Shown: positions 21,584 through 31,362 of the stretch, in pieces
How positions within the stretch are numbered: position 1 is the first letter of the stretch
Layout: each line of letters opens with the position of its first letter
NCBI GenBank assembly: GCA_902537615.1
Contig: CACBBU010000002.1
Coordinates: forward strand, 75,334 to 139,333
Length of the DNA stretch: 64,000 bases
Direction: 5' to 3'
DNA from: an uncultured Alphaproteobacteria bacterium
GTDB lineage: Bacteria > Pseudomonadota > Alphaproteobacteria > Methylaequorales > Methylaequoraceae
The notes under the pieces: generated by a model
Told to the model about the DNA's origin: nothing
What the model saw: the letters and a program-made list of their open reading frames with translations, nothing else
The model's database searches: none
Program-made: the position numbers and the translations under genes

Positions 21584-22275
21584 TCCCATGGACCTTTTTC
21601 ATCCTTATTTAAAAAAATTGTTTTCCCTCTTTTTTTTTCACTATTGCTCTTACTGAAAACGGCAAAGAAATAACCAAAAATAAAACCACCTATGTGAGCT
21701 AACCAGGCTACAGAAGAGTCTACATTGGAAAGGTTTAAAAATTGGTATAGAAACCAAAAAATAAGAAGAATATAAGCTGGAACTTTAATAGTAAAAAAAA
21801 TAAAAAAAGGAATTAAAACCAAAACTTTAGCTTTAGGAAAAAAATATAAATAAGCTCCTAATACCCCAGCAATGGAACCTGATGCCCCTATCATTGGTAC
21901 CTCGGAATTAAGATTGAAAAAAGCTTGTGTTAATGAAGCAAAAATTCCAGATAATAAATAAAAAAAAACAAACCTCTTTATACCAAGTCTATCTTCAACA
22001 TTATCTGCAAAGATCCATAAATATAACATATTTCCAAGAAAGTGCATCCATCCTCCGTGAAGAAAAAGTGAGGTTATAAGAGTTAAATAGCCAGGAAATG
22101 ATGGATATGTTACACTTTGGAATAAACTTAAGGGTTTGAATCCAAAAAAATAAATCCAGTAATTATTATTAGTAGACAATATTTGAGAAAAAAAAACTAA
22201 TGTACAAACTACTAAAATAACTAGCCTGACATAGCATTTATTATTGGTATCGTTTTCATCTTTAAGAGGGATCAT
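21580..22275 (-). CDS. Rhomboid intramembrane serine protease
   Basis: HGGWMHFLGNM, GASG catalytic Ser, AHIGG catalytic His. Confidence 0.93.
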   Translation of the reverse strand: MIPLKDENDTNNKCYVRLVILVVCTLVFFSQILSTNNNYWIYFFGFKPLSLFQSVTYPSFPGYLTLITSLFLHGGWMHFLGNMLYLWIFADNVEDRLGIKRFVFFYLLSGIFASLTQAFFNLNSEVPMIGASGSIAGVLGAYLYFFPKAKVLVLIPFFIFFTIKVPAYILLIFWFLYQFLNLSNVDSSVAWLAHIGGFIFGYFFAVFSKSNSEKKRGKTIFLNKDEKGPWD

Positions 22276-22952
22276 TATATTTCTTTAATTATATTATTAC
22301 CTAATATAATAATTTTTTTGTTTGTAGGCAGAATCTTTCGTAAGGCATTTGATTTTATATCAAGGCCTCCTGTGTAAGTTCCAAAAGATGGTAAAATACA
22401 AAAATTATCTGTTAAAATAAAACATTTATAGGTGTAATTAAGACCATTAAATTTTAAATTAATTTTTGGATGATAATGTCCAGAAAATTCAAATATATTC
22501 ACTTCATTTACTTCACTTTTAGAATGAACAAATTTAAAATTTTTCAACTTATGAAAATTCTTAAACTTTCCTATTAACTGATTTTTAAAAAGTACACTTG
22601 AATCGTGATTACCTTCAATCCACGTAATGTCAATTTTACGTAATAAACTATTAATAATATTAATATGTTTTCTTTTCATATTTAGAATTGACTGATTTTC
22701 ATGAAAACTATCTCCCAACGAAATTAATCTTTTAGGTCCAAATTTTCTTATTATACTTTCAAGATTGAAAAGAGTTTCATCTAGATCAAAAGGTGGGACG
22801 AGACTTCCTTGATTGGCAAAACTAAGACTTTTTCCCAAATGCAGATCTGAAAAAATGAGAGTATTTAATTTTTCTAAGAAAATTGAACCAGACTTGTCAA
22901 AAATAAATTTTTCTCCTTTGATGTATTTTTTAATTGATTCCATTAGTGCCAA
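22275..22952 (-). CDS. pdeM: Ligase-associated metallophosphoesterase/endonuclease PdeM (MPE)
   Basis: DLHLGK, GDSFH, GNHD, H, GHYHP, LPSFG; adjacent to Lhr-like helicase. Confidence 0.9.
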   Translation of the reverse strand: MALMESIKKYIKGEKFIFDKSGSIFLEKLNTLIFSDLHLGKSLSFANQGSLVPPFDLDETLFNLESIIRKFGPKRLISLGDSFHENQSILNMKRKHINIINSLLRKIDITWIEGNHDSSVLFKNQLIGKFKNFHKLKNFKFVHSKSEVNEVNIFEFSGHYHPKINLKFNGLNYTYKCFILTDNFCILPSFGTYTGGLDIKSNALRKILPTNKKIIILGNNIIKEI

Positions 22953-25281
22953 TAAAGTTTAATATTTCATCTTTACTTGTGGTATGACTTTTAATTTTTT
23001 CTTTTTTATAAATAAGCGACATTGAAAAAGGCGAAGGTTTGTCTAATTTTCTGAAGATTAATTTTTTATTAAGAAATAAGTCAATGTTAGCTTTGTCACA
23101 AAAAAATCTTTCAACCTCTTCTAGTGTAATTTTCAGAAGAATATGATTGGGATCATATTTCTTTAACGTATCAAATATAATATCACTATTTATATAGTTT
23201 TTTTTATTTTTATTTTTTTTTTCAACAAGTCCTGAAATTAAAGAAATTTCCCTAAAAGTTTTTTTTGCTACGAAAGTGTCCATAATATTTATCAGTAATT
23301 CATCAGAACTGAAAAAAGCTTTGACTTTACTAAAGCTAAGAGACTTTTTTTCATTTAAAAATATAGCAAATGAATATTCTTCAATAGTATAGTCATAAGT
23401 TAGTATTTTATTTTTTTTTAAAAATTCTATAAAAAATAAACAAAAAGAATGATTTGTTTGTCTTCCTAAAAAAGTGTAAAAACATAAGTAAACACCTTCT
23501 CTGTATGGAAATTTTTCAATTAATATTTCATTTTTCTTCGGCAATGATGACAAAGATTTTTGATTTTCAATAAATTGTTTAATTTCATCTGGAAGATTTG
23601 ATCTGTTATGTAAATTTTTGAGAATTTCATCAGAGAGATTTTTACTTAATGACAAATTACCACCCCAATAAACAGGTGTTTTATTAATTTTCTTATTTAT
23701 TTTTTTTACAAGAATTACTTCACTAGAAATTTGCAAACAAACTAAATTTAAACCGGAAAAAATAAAATATTCACCTTTTTTTAGTGTGGTTAAAAAATTC
23801 TCATCAACATACCCAAGGGTTTTACCTGTGTTTAATACAATTTTTATATTTGTGTTGTCTATAATTGTTCCAACATTTATGAGCGTTTTAATTCTATTAG
23901 TTAAACTGTTAATTTTATACAAACCATTTGGAGTTAAGTAAATTTTTTTCCACTGTTTATAATTATTGAGGACATACCCACCATTTTTAACAAATTCTAA
24001 TATTTTTACATATTCATCAAATGATAAAGACCTGTAAGGAGATGCTTTTATAATTTCAGAATATGTATTTTTTGGACAAAATCCTTTTCCGCATGCAAGT
24101 AACAATAAGTGCTGACATAGAACATCTTTAGCACCAGCTCGTTTTGGTAAAGATTCAAACTTCATATTCTCTGCAAGTTTTTTAGCTGAAATACACTCTA
24201 AATATTCAAATTGATTAGTTGGAATTAAGAATGACTTTGCAATTCCATGATGATTATGATTTGAACGACCAGTTCTTTGAATAAGTCTGTTAACGCTTTT
24301 GGGTGTACCTATTAGAATAACTTGATCTACATGATCCCAATCAATACCAAGCTCCAGTGAAGAAGTGCTGACAATTACATCCAACTTACCTTTAGAAAAG
24401 TTATCTTCCACTTTATTTCTATGTTTTGAAGAGAGTGATCCATGATGAATATTAACTTTAGTATAAGAATTTAGTGACGTAAGAAGCTCATTATGAAGAA
24501 GTTCAGATTGAGCTCTTGTGTTAACAAAAATGATAGTTTTTTTATTTATTATTTTTCTTTTTATTATATCAATTGCAAAATTTGGTGAATGCCCAATTAA
24601 GGGTATTTTTTTTGAATATAAAACTTCAATTTTAATTTTTTTTTTTTGCTTATTTTTAATTAACTTTGTTTTACCCTTAAAGGACAACCATTCGTTCAAG
24701 TTCTTATAATCAGAAACAGTGGCAGATAAACCAATTAATAAAAAATTTTTGTTGATTGAATTAAGTTTGCTTAAACTTAAAGATAACTGATCACCTCTTT
24801 TGTCATTGAGTAATTCGGTAATTTCGTCAATAATTACATAGTCAATATTTTCCAAAAAATTTAAAGCATCAGGATTGGCAATCATTAAAGCAAATGATTC
24901 AGGTGTTGTTAGTAAAAAATCAGGTATAGAAAACAGTTGTTTTTTTTTTTTATTTGAAGGCACATCAGAAGTTCTTTTCTCTACTTTGCACTGAATGTTA
25001 AGTTCAAATACAATCTTCTTTAAATTATCCTCTAAATTTGAGTTTATAGATTTTAATGGAGAAATATAAAGAACATTTTTTTTAATGCCTTTACAAAAAT
25101 AATTTAAAAAAGGAAGAAAGGACGTTATTGTTTTGCCAGTACCGGTATCTGACGAAATAATATATTGCTTGTATTTATTTTTACCAAGACAGTTGAAAAA
25201 TTCTTTTTGATAATTGAATAGTTTCCATTTTTTAATTTCTAGCCAATCTGAAAATTTTTTACTGCAATTAAAATCATTCAT
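22930..25281 (-). CDS. Ligase-associated Lhr-like SF2 helicase
   Basis: TGTGKT, SPLKS, TTPES, DEIT, LSAT, IFVNTR, HHGSL, LELGID, QRTGRSNH. Confidence 0.88.
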   Translation of the reverse strand: MNDFNCSKKFSDWLEIKKWKLFNYQKEFFNCLGKNKYKQYIISSDTGTGKTITSFLPFLNYFCKGIKKNVLYISPLKSINSNLEDNLKKIVFELNIQCKVEKRTSDVPSNKKKKQLFSIPDFLLTTPESFALMIANPDALNFLENIDYVIIDEITELLNDKRGDQLSLSLSKLNSINKNFLLIGLSATVSDYKNLNEWLSFKGKTKLIKNKQKKKIKIEVLYSKKIPLIGHSPNFAIDIIKRKIINKKTIIFVNTRAQSELLHNELLTSLNSYTKVNIHHGSLSSKHRNKVEDNFSKGKLDVIVSTSSLELGIDWDHVDQVILIGTPKSVNRLIQRTGRSNHNHHGIAKSFLIPTNQFEYLECISAKKLAENMKFESLPKRAGAKDVLCQHLLLLACGKGFCPKNTYSEIIKASPYRSLSFDEYVKILEFVKNGGYVLNNYKQWKKIYLTPNGLYKINSLTNRIKTLINVGTIIDNTNIKIVLNTGKTLGYVDENFLTTLKKGEYFIFSGLNLVCLQISSEVILVKKINKKINKTPVYWGGNLSLSKNLSDEILKNLHNRSNLPDEIKQFIENQKSLSSLPKKNEILIEKFPYREGVYLCFYTFLGRQTNHSFCLFFIEFLKKNKILTYDYTIEEYSFAIFLNEKKSLSFSKVKAFFSSDELLINIMDTFVAKKTFREISLISGLVEKKNKNKKNYINSDIIFDTLKKYDPNHILLKITLEEVERFFCDKANIDLFLNKKLIFRKLDKPSPFSMSLIYKKEKIKSHTTSKDEILNFIGTNGIN

Positions 25282-25325
25282 TTAAATCAATTAATTCTTA
25301 TTTATATTTATTCCAAGAGATAATT

Positions 25326-26327
25326 ATGAACAATAACTGGCTTATTAAAAAAAAAGAAGGTTTATATTGTATACCTGGAGATTTTTATATTGACCCAATC
25401 TATCCAGTAAACAGTGCTTTGATTACGCATAGCCACACTGATCACGCTAGACCAGGAAATAGGAAAATTTTAGGGACACCAGATACAATTAATATTATGA
25501 AACTAAGATATGGTGAAAATTATTGTCAATATTCTCAAAAAATAGAATTAGGTAATGTTCTTAGAATTAAAGGAGTAAATATTAAATTTATACCAGCTGG
25601 TCATATTTTAGGAAGTTCTCAAATTTATTTAGAGTATAAGGGGGAAATTATTATTGTTTCTGGTGATTATAAAAGAAGAAAAGATCTTACTTGTGATCTT
25701 TTTGAGGTGAATAAATGTCATACATTTATTACTGAGGCTACTTTTGGATTACCTATATTTTCACACCCTGATGATATTAATGAAACATCAAAACTAATTA
25801 AATCTATAAATAATAACAGTAACTACTGTCATTTAATTGGTGTTTATGCTTTAGGAAAATGTCAAAGGCTTATAACACTTCTTAGGAAACTAGGATTTAA
25901 TGATGTCATATATCTACACAGAGCATTAATGAAAATTTCAGATTATTATATTGATAGAAAAATAAATTTAGGTGAATTAAGAAATATTTCAGAATTAAAA
26001 ACAACAGATTATTTAAATAAATTAGTTTTATGTCCTCCGTCTAGTCTTTCAGATAGATGGTCACAGAGATTTAGAAAAGTTATAAAAGGTTTTGTTTCAG
26101 GCTGGATGGGCATCAAACAAAGAATTAAACAGAAAAACATACAATTACCAATCGTAATTTCAGACCACGCAGATTGGAATGAAATATTAACAACAATTGA
26201 AGAAATCTCTCCAGAAAAGGTTTTAGTAACGCATGGAAGAGAGGAGGGATTATTAAGTTATTTGAAAGAAAAAAAAATAACTTGTAGTGGTTTAAACCTA
26301 ATTGGCTTTGAGGATGAAGATGATTAA
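25326..26327 (+). CDS. Ligase-associated metallo-beta-lactamase/beta-CASP exonuclease
   Basis: ITHSHTDH, AGHILGS, EATFGLP, YALGKCQR, SDHADW, THG. Confidence 0.9.
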   Translation: MNNNWLIKKKEGLYCIPGDFYIDPIYPVNSALITHSHTDHARPGNRKILGTPDTINIMKLRYGENYCQYSQKIELGNVLRIKGVNIKFIPAGHILGSSQIYLEYKGEIIIVSGDYKRRKDLTCDLFEVNKCHTFITEATFGLPIFSHPDDINETSKLIKSINNNSNYCHLIGVYALGKCQRLITLLRKLGFNDVIYLHRALMKISDYYIDRKINLGELRNISELKTTDYLNKLVLCPPSSLSDRWSQRFRKVIKGFVSGWMGIKQRIKQKNIQLPIVISDHADWNEILTTIEEISPEKVLVTHGREEGLLSYLKEKKITCSGLNLIGFEDEDD

Positions 26328-27891
26328 ACTCTCTAAACTTTTAGATGATCTACTTTTAAATCCATCAAAAAAAAAAAAAATCAAAATTCTAGTAGATTAT
26401 TTTAATAGCATTGAAACAACTGAAAAGGAGTTAGCTTTATCAATATTTTCAAAAAACTTTTCAACAAAATTAATTAAAGCTAACGACATTAAAATAATGA
26501 TTAAAAGAAAAATTTCGGAGGAATTATTTTCTTATTCATATGATTACGTTGGTGATCTTGCAGAAACTTTTTCTCTTTTGTGGCCCAAAAGAAAAGAAAA
26601 AAAATCAATTTCTTTTCTTAATTTTATGAATTCTGTTGCCAAATATGATAACAAAAAATCCTTAATTAATTTTTTAGAAAAAACTTTTGATAATATTTCT
26701 TCAAATGAAATTTATGTAATAATAAAAATTTTAACTGGTGGATTAAGGGTTGGCGTTTCAGATGGGATTTTGAAAGAATGTCTTACCAAACAAGGAGTTA
26801 GAAATAAATTTGAAATTGAGGAGTATTGGCATGCCTTTTCTCCATCTTTTAATAATTTTTTTAATTGGCTCAATGGAGCGGAACTTCCTGATAATATAAA
26901 TAAAAAAGAACTTTTTCATTCATTTATGCTTTCTGACACATTAGATGAAAGTCAAATTATAAAGCTTAATATTAAAGACTATTTATGTGAATTTAAATGG
27001 GATGGAATAAGAGCGCAAATAGTAGTTTCAAATTCTGGGAGAATCTATTCTAGAAATGGTGAAGATATAACAAATTCCTTTCCAGAATTAAATATTAAGA
27101 GTAATAAAGTTTCAGTTATTGATGGCGAATTAGTTGTAAAAAAAAATGGTAAAATACTTTCTTTTAATGACCTTCAAAAAAGAATAGGAAGAAAAAAAGT
27201 AAGTTCAAAAATCATAGATCAGTATCCTATACATTTTGTTGCCTATGATATTTTATTTATGAATGATTCCGATTGTAGAAATTTAAATCTATCTACTAGA
27301 AAAAAAAAACTTGAGTCACTTTTAAAAATTTTAAATGTCTCAAATATCTCTCTTTCTCCAATAATAAATTTTAATTCATGGAATGACTTGAAAAATCTCC
27401 GTAGCAAATCTTTAAATAATCATATTGAGGGAATAATGTTGAAAAAAAAAAATAGCCTTTATCTTAGAGGTAGACCTAAAGGTTCTTGGTACAAGTGGAA
27501 AAGAAATCCTTTTTTTATAGATTTTATTATAATGTATGCTCAAAGAGGTCATGGGAAAAGATCTTCTTTTTATTCTGATTTTACTTTTGGTTGTTGGACT
27601 GATAATAGTTTTAAAAATTTAGTTCCAGTTGGAAAAGCTTATTCTGGTTTTACGAATGAAGAACTTAAAAATCTTGATAGATGGGTCAGAAGCAATACTC
27701 TAGAAAGATTTGGGCCTGTTAGGTCTGTTAAATCCAGCTTAGTTGTTGAAATAGCTTTTGATAATATTAATTTTTCAACCAGACATAAATCAGGCGTTGC
27801 GCTCAGATTTCCTAGATTTAGTAGAATAAGATGGGATAAACCCCCTAATGAAGTATGTGTTTTAAATGATATAAAAAAGCTGATTAATTAA
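26320..27891 (+). CDS. ATP-dependent DNA ligase (DNA-damage-response type)
   Basis: Motif I EFKWDGIR, IDGELV, EGIMLK, WYKWK, OB-fold RFPRFSRIRWDK; start at 26320 or 26314. Confidence 0.93.
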   Translation: MIKLSKLLDDLLLNPSKKKKIKILVDYFNSIETTEKELALSIFSKNFSTKLIKANDIKIMIKRKISEELFSYSYDYVGDLAETFSLLWPKRKEKKSISFLNFMNSVAKYDNKKSLINFLEKTFDNISSNEIYVIIKILTGGLRVGVSDGILKECLTKQGVRNKFEIEEYWHAFSPSFNNFFNWLNGAELPDNINKKELFHSFMLSDTLDESQIIKLNIKDYLCEFKWDGIRAQIVVSNSGRIYSRNGEDITNSFPELNIKSNKVSVIDGELVVKKNGKILSFNDLQKRIGRKKVSSKIIDQYPIHFVAYDILFMNDSDCRNLNLSTRKKKLESLLKILNVSNISLSPIINFNSWNDLKNLRSKSLNNHIEGIMLKKKNSLYLRGRPKGSWYKWKRNPFFIDFIIMYAQRGHGKRSSFYSDFTFGCWTDNSFKNLVPVGKAYSGFTNEELKNLDRWVRSNTLERFGPVRSVKSSLVVEIAFDNINFSTRHKSGVALRFPRFSRIRWDKPPNEVCVLNDIKKLIN

Positions 27892-27892
27892 C

Positions 27893-27920
27893 TTGAAAGT
27901 TCTACTTTTGTTCTTATAAT
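27893..27920 (+). promoter_or_regulatory. Sigma-70-type promoter of umuDC
   Basis: TTGAAA (27893-27898), 16-nt spacer, TATAAT (27915-27920); ATG at 27927. Confidence 0.75.
27899..27913 (+). promoter_or_regulatory. Alphaproteobacterial-type LexA (SOS) box GTTC-N7-GTTC
   Basis: GTTC-TACTTTT-GTTC lies in the spacer of the umuD promoter. Confidence 0.85.
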
Positions 27921-27926
27921 AACCTC

Positions 27927-28340
27927 ATGAAAGAGGAAATTTCTAAAAAAAATAAAATTTTTATAAGTGCTATTACAGCTTCAGCTGGTTTCCCATCTCC
28001 TGCAGAAAATTATATTGAGGAGCATTTAGATATAGGTAAATATTTAGTAAATAATATTGAGTCAACATTTTTTGTCAGAGTATCTGGTGACTCAATGATT
28101 AATGTAGGTATCTACAACAATGATATAATGGTTGTAGATAAATCATTAACTCCTAAAAATCATTCTGTTGTTGTTGCTTCTCTAAACGGAGAGTTAGTAG
28201 TTAAGAAATTCTTAAAAGATAAAGAAGGAAAATGTTATTTAAAGTCGGAGAATGAAAATTACCCTAAAATAATGTTAGACTCTAAAATGGAAACAACTAT
28301 CTGGGGAGTTGCTACATACGTTATACATAATTTATCTTAA
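27927..28340 (+). CDS. umuD: DNA polymerase V subunit UmuD (S24 peptidase)
   Basis: AGFPSPA cleavage region, GDSM catalytic Ser, VVKK catalytic Lys. Confidence 0.9.
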   Translation: MKEEISKKNKIFISAITASAGFPSPAENYIEEHLDIGKYLVNNIESTFFVRVSGDSMINVGIYNNDIMVVDKSLTPKNHSVVVASLNGELVVKKFLKDKEGKCYLKSENENYPKIMLDSKMETTIWGVATYVIHNLS

Positions 28341-28344
28341 AGTA

Positions 28345-29649
28345 ATGATAGGTCTGTTAGATTGTAACAATTTTTATGTTTCATGCGAAAGATTATTTAA
28401 TCCTAAGCTTTTAGAAAAACCAGTTGTTATATTATCAAACAATGACGGTTGTGTAATTTCTCGATCTGAAGAAGCAAAACAAATAGGAATTAAAATGGGA
28501 GAACCATTTTTTAAACTTAAGAAATTTATAATAGATCACAACATTTCCGTTTTATCATCCAACTATTCTTTTTACGGTGATATATCAAATCGAATAATGA
28601 ATATATTAAAAAAAAGTCTACCAATTGTTGAGGTTTATTCAATAGATGAGGCATTCTTCATTCTGGATTTAAAAGATGAAAGAGATGATTTTTGTCACAA
28701 ATTAGCAAAAAGAATATTAAAATGGACAGGTATTCCGGTGAGTATAGGTTTAGCTAAAACTAAAACGTTAGCAAAAATTGCAAACAGAGTTATAAAAAAA
28801 AAACAACAGTACCCCTACTTAAAAATAGGCGACAATAGTGTGTTTGAACTAAGATCTAAAAAATCCACAGATTATGTTTTACAAAAAACAAATGTAAACG
28901 ATATTTGGGGTATAGGTAGTAAATTAGCTAAATTCCTGATGAATAACGGTGTGAATAACGCTTTTGACCTAAGAGAGTTTAATGAAAGTTTTGCAAGAGA
29001 AAAAAAAGGAGTCATTTTGCAACGTTCAATTCTTGAGTTAAAAGGTGTTGTCTGTAATGAGGTTGAAAAAGAATTAGCTAAGAAGAAGTCAATATGTGTT
29101 TCAAGATCTTTTGGTAGAAAACTTAATTCTTACAAAGATATAAGAAGTGCGCTTATAGTCTATGTACAGAAAGCATCGTTTAAGATGAGGAATTATAATT
29201 TATTTTGTAAATCTATAACGATTTTTTTAAAGACCTCAAAGTATCAAAAAAAAAAATATAAAAATGTAAAGACATACCTTTTTTTAGAGCGAACAAATGA
29301 TGTGAGAGTAATATGGAAAAAATCTGAAAAATTACTTAAGGAAATTTATTTATCTAATTTTTTATACAGCAAAGTAGGGGTAATACTCTCTGATTTTTGT
29401 GATTCTGAAAATATACAAAAAAATTTATTTTATGATAAAAACCAAGAATATCAAAGTAATAGTATAAAATTAATGAAAATAATGGACAGTATTAACAAGA
29501 AATTTGGCGATAGTAAATTAAGATTATCTTCAGATGAAAATGGTTCTTTTTATTCAAAAAAAAAAAATGCAAAGTGGTCAATGAAATCAGAATATAGATC
29601 ACCTTGCTATACTACTAATTGGTGTGATATACCAAAGATAAAAGTATGA
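28345..29649 (+). CDS. umuC: Y-family DNA polymerase V subunit UmuC
   Basis: DCNNFYVSCE, SNNDGC, YSIDEAF, C-terminal WSMKSEYRSPCYTTNW; ATG at 28345 preferred. Confidence 0.93.
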   Translation: MIGLLDCNNFYVSCERLFNPKLLEKPVVILSNNDGCVISRSEEAKQIGIKMGEPFFKLKKFIIDHNISVLSSNYSFYGDISNRIMNILKKSLPIVEVYSIDEAFFILDLKDERDDFCHKLAKRILKWTGIPVSIGLAKTKTLAKIANRVIKKKQQYPYLKIGDNSVFELRSKKSTDYVLQKTNVNDIWGIGSKLAKFLMNNGVNNAFDLREFNESFAREKKGVILQRSILELKGVVCNEVEKELAKKKSICVSRSFGRKLNSYKDIRSALIVYVQKASFKMRNYNLFCKSITIFLKTSKYQKKKYKNVKTYLFLERTNDVRVIWKKSEKLLKEIYLSNFLYSKVGVILSDFCDSENIQKNLFYDKNQEYQSNSIKLMKIMDSINKKFGDSKLRLSSDENGSFYSKKKNAKWSMKSEYRSPCYTTNWCDIPKIKV

Positions 29650-29861
29650 ATGAAAATGAGCAAAAAAAAATAGCCTCGGCAATTGTATTAAAAGCTAGGG
29701 CCGAGTGCAGAAAAAAAAAAATTAATCCATATATAGCAATAGGCGCATTCATTGATGAGGTAATAAGAGAGTTATCGTTACAAAATACTGATGATAAGAT
29801 AGCAGATTTTTTAACTAGTGTTGCAGAGAAAGTTAAAATGGGCATTTATAGAAAAAAATAA
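29646..29861 (+). CDS. Hypothetical protein, 71 aa
   Basis: ATGA overlap with the umuC stop; normal helical composition. Confidence 0.65.
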   Translation: MNENEQKKIASAIVLKARAECRKKKINPYIAIGAFIDEVIRELSLQNTDDKIADFLTSVAEKVKMGIYRKK

Positions 29862-29867
29862 CCTATT

Positions 29868-30266
29868 TTATTTGGTTTTTAAATTTTTAATAAGGTAATC
29901 AATATTTTCGTATCTTGGTAAGTCATTTTTAATTTTAAATAGAAGATCCTTAGCTTTTTTTGATAGTTTTCTTTTTTGACGTTTACCTTTAAGACTATTT
30001 ATTTGGGAAAGTAAGCCAGATTTATTAGTTTGATATTTGTCAGATAATTTATAAAAAGTTTGCATAGATCTCTGAGAAACATTTTTAATAACTTTTAATT
30101 TTATATTCTTTGGGTAAGCATTATCAAGCTTTTCGGCTTGAACAATATCTTTTATAACGAATGTTTTCAGTAACTCGTAAGCTTTAAAAGAAATTGCGTA
30201 CTTTGAATTAATTGAGGATTTGTTTATACTTTTCTTTGATTTATTATATAATTTTAATAAATTCAT
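29868..30266 (-). CDS. Hypothetical basic protein, 132 aa
   Basis: ORF fits the gap between neighbours; no motif recognised. Confidence 0.55.
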   Translation of the reverse strand: MNLLKLYNKSKKSINKSSINSKYAISFKAYELLKTFVIKDIVQAEKLDNAYPKNIKLKVIKNVSQRSMQTFYKLSDKYQTNKSGLLSQINSLKGKRQKRKLSKKAKDLLFKIKNDLPRYENIDYLIKNLKTK

Positions 30267-30321
30267 ATATACAATATAAAGTGTTATAAATTTAAATCAA
30301 ATACTATATATAGATTTTTAA

Positions 30322-30696
30322 ATGGAATTCTTAAAACAAACCCTAGAAAAATTTGAATTAGAATCTCTAATTCCTTATTTAGAAAATACTGGATATCTTA
30401 TATTTTTTTTAGTTCTTCTTACTTTATTAATTTATATTTTCTTTACTTTGCTATTAAAAATACTTTTTAAAAAGTCTGACAATAAACAAGAGAGAAAGCA
30501 ACCGTCGTTAAATGAAATAATTGATTCAGATAACCTTAAAATAGATGATGATAACGATTTTATTGATGTTTTAGCAGCTATTGAAGAGGAAATGGCTGCG
30601 GTTAGGGAACTTTACGTTGGTGGGTATATAAGTAAGGGTGTATATATTACTGAGACGGATAGACTTTATGAAAAGGCAAAAATTTTTGGTTTGTAG
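30322..30696 (+). CDS. Membrane protein with C-terminal SHOCT-like helical domain
   Basis: One TM segment; C-terminus EEEMAAVRELYVGGYISKGVYITETDRL. Confidence 0.7.
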   Translation: MEFLKQTLEKFELESLIPYLENTGYLIFFLVLLTLLIYIFFTLLLKILFKKSDNKQERKQPSLNEIIDSDNLKIDDDNDFIDVLAAIEEEMAAVRELYVGGYISKGVYITETDRLYEKAKIFGL

Positions 30697-30927
30697 TTAA
30701 TCTTTTAAATCTTCTGACCATGCTGCTGATAATAGTTGGCGAATTCTCTTTACGTGTTCGTTGGAGTTATTTTCACCGACTTTGATATCCTTTTTTTTCT
30801 TTTGAATACCTGCATTCAACCATAACATTTCAATTGAATCAATGAGTGATGTCTTTTCCTTTAATGAAAAATTATTAAACTTTTCAATTGATTTTTTTAA
30901 ATCAGTAATTTTTTTTTTATGCTCCAT
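30697..30927 (-). CDS. Hypothetical protein, 76 aa
   Basis: Stop abuts the convergent gene's stop; start overlaps the upstream small ORF. Confidence 0.6.
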   Translation of the reverse strand: MEHKKKITDLKKSIEKFNNFSLKEKTSLIDSIEMLWLNAGIQKKKKDIKVGENNSNEHVKRIRQLLSAAWSEDLKD

Positions 30928-31063
30928 ACTTTACAGCGATTTCAAATAATAATCTTGTTTCTTTTTGATAAATCTTTTTATCAATATAACCTTTGATAAA
31001 TAACTCTCTGACATTTTCCATTTCATTCTTGATTTTTAATAAGTGTTTTTCATTTTCATCCAT
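30917..31063 (-). CDS. Unlisted 48-aa SHOCT-like small protein
   Basis: Translated by hand: MDENEKHLLKIKNEMENVRELFIKGYIDKKIYQKETRLLFEIAVKYGA; 19/41 identities with the C-terminus of 30322..30696. Confidence 0.75.
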   Translation of the reverse strand: MDENEKHLLKIKNEMENVRELFIKGYIDKKIYQKETRLLFEIAVKYGA

Positions 31064-31116
31064 AAGCTATATTATAGAATTTTAAAAAGCAGATTAAACA
31101 TAAATGTTAAAAATAA

Positions 31117-31362
31117 ATGAAAGATAGACTTACAAAAAGTATTAAACGTTTAGAGAAATTAAAATTAATTAAAGAAAAAAATAAATCTAATTATGAAAAA
31201 GGTTTAAATTCCTATGAAATAATGGTTTTTAGACAGTTAAGAGAAAAATATGATTTATCTTTAGAAACTAATGAAAATAATAAAGAAGAAGAGACTGAGC
31301 TAAGTAATGAAGCAAAAGTCACATTGGAAAGAATTAAAAAAGGGGAAATTTTTAAAATTTAA
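31117..31362 (+). CDS. Hypothetical charged protein, 81 aa
   Basis: ORF only. Confidence 0.5.
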   Translation: MKDRLTKSIKRLEKLKLIKEKNKSNYEKGLNSYEIMVFRQLREKYDLSLETNENNKEEETELSNEAKVTLERIKKGEIFKI

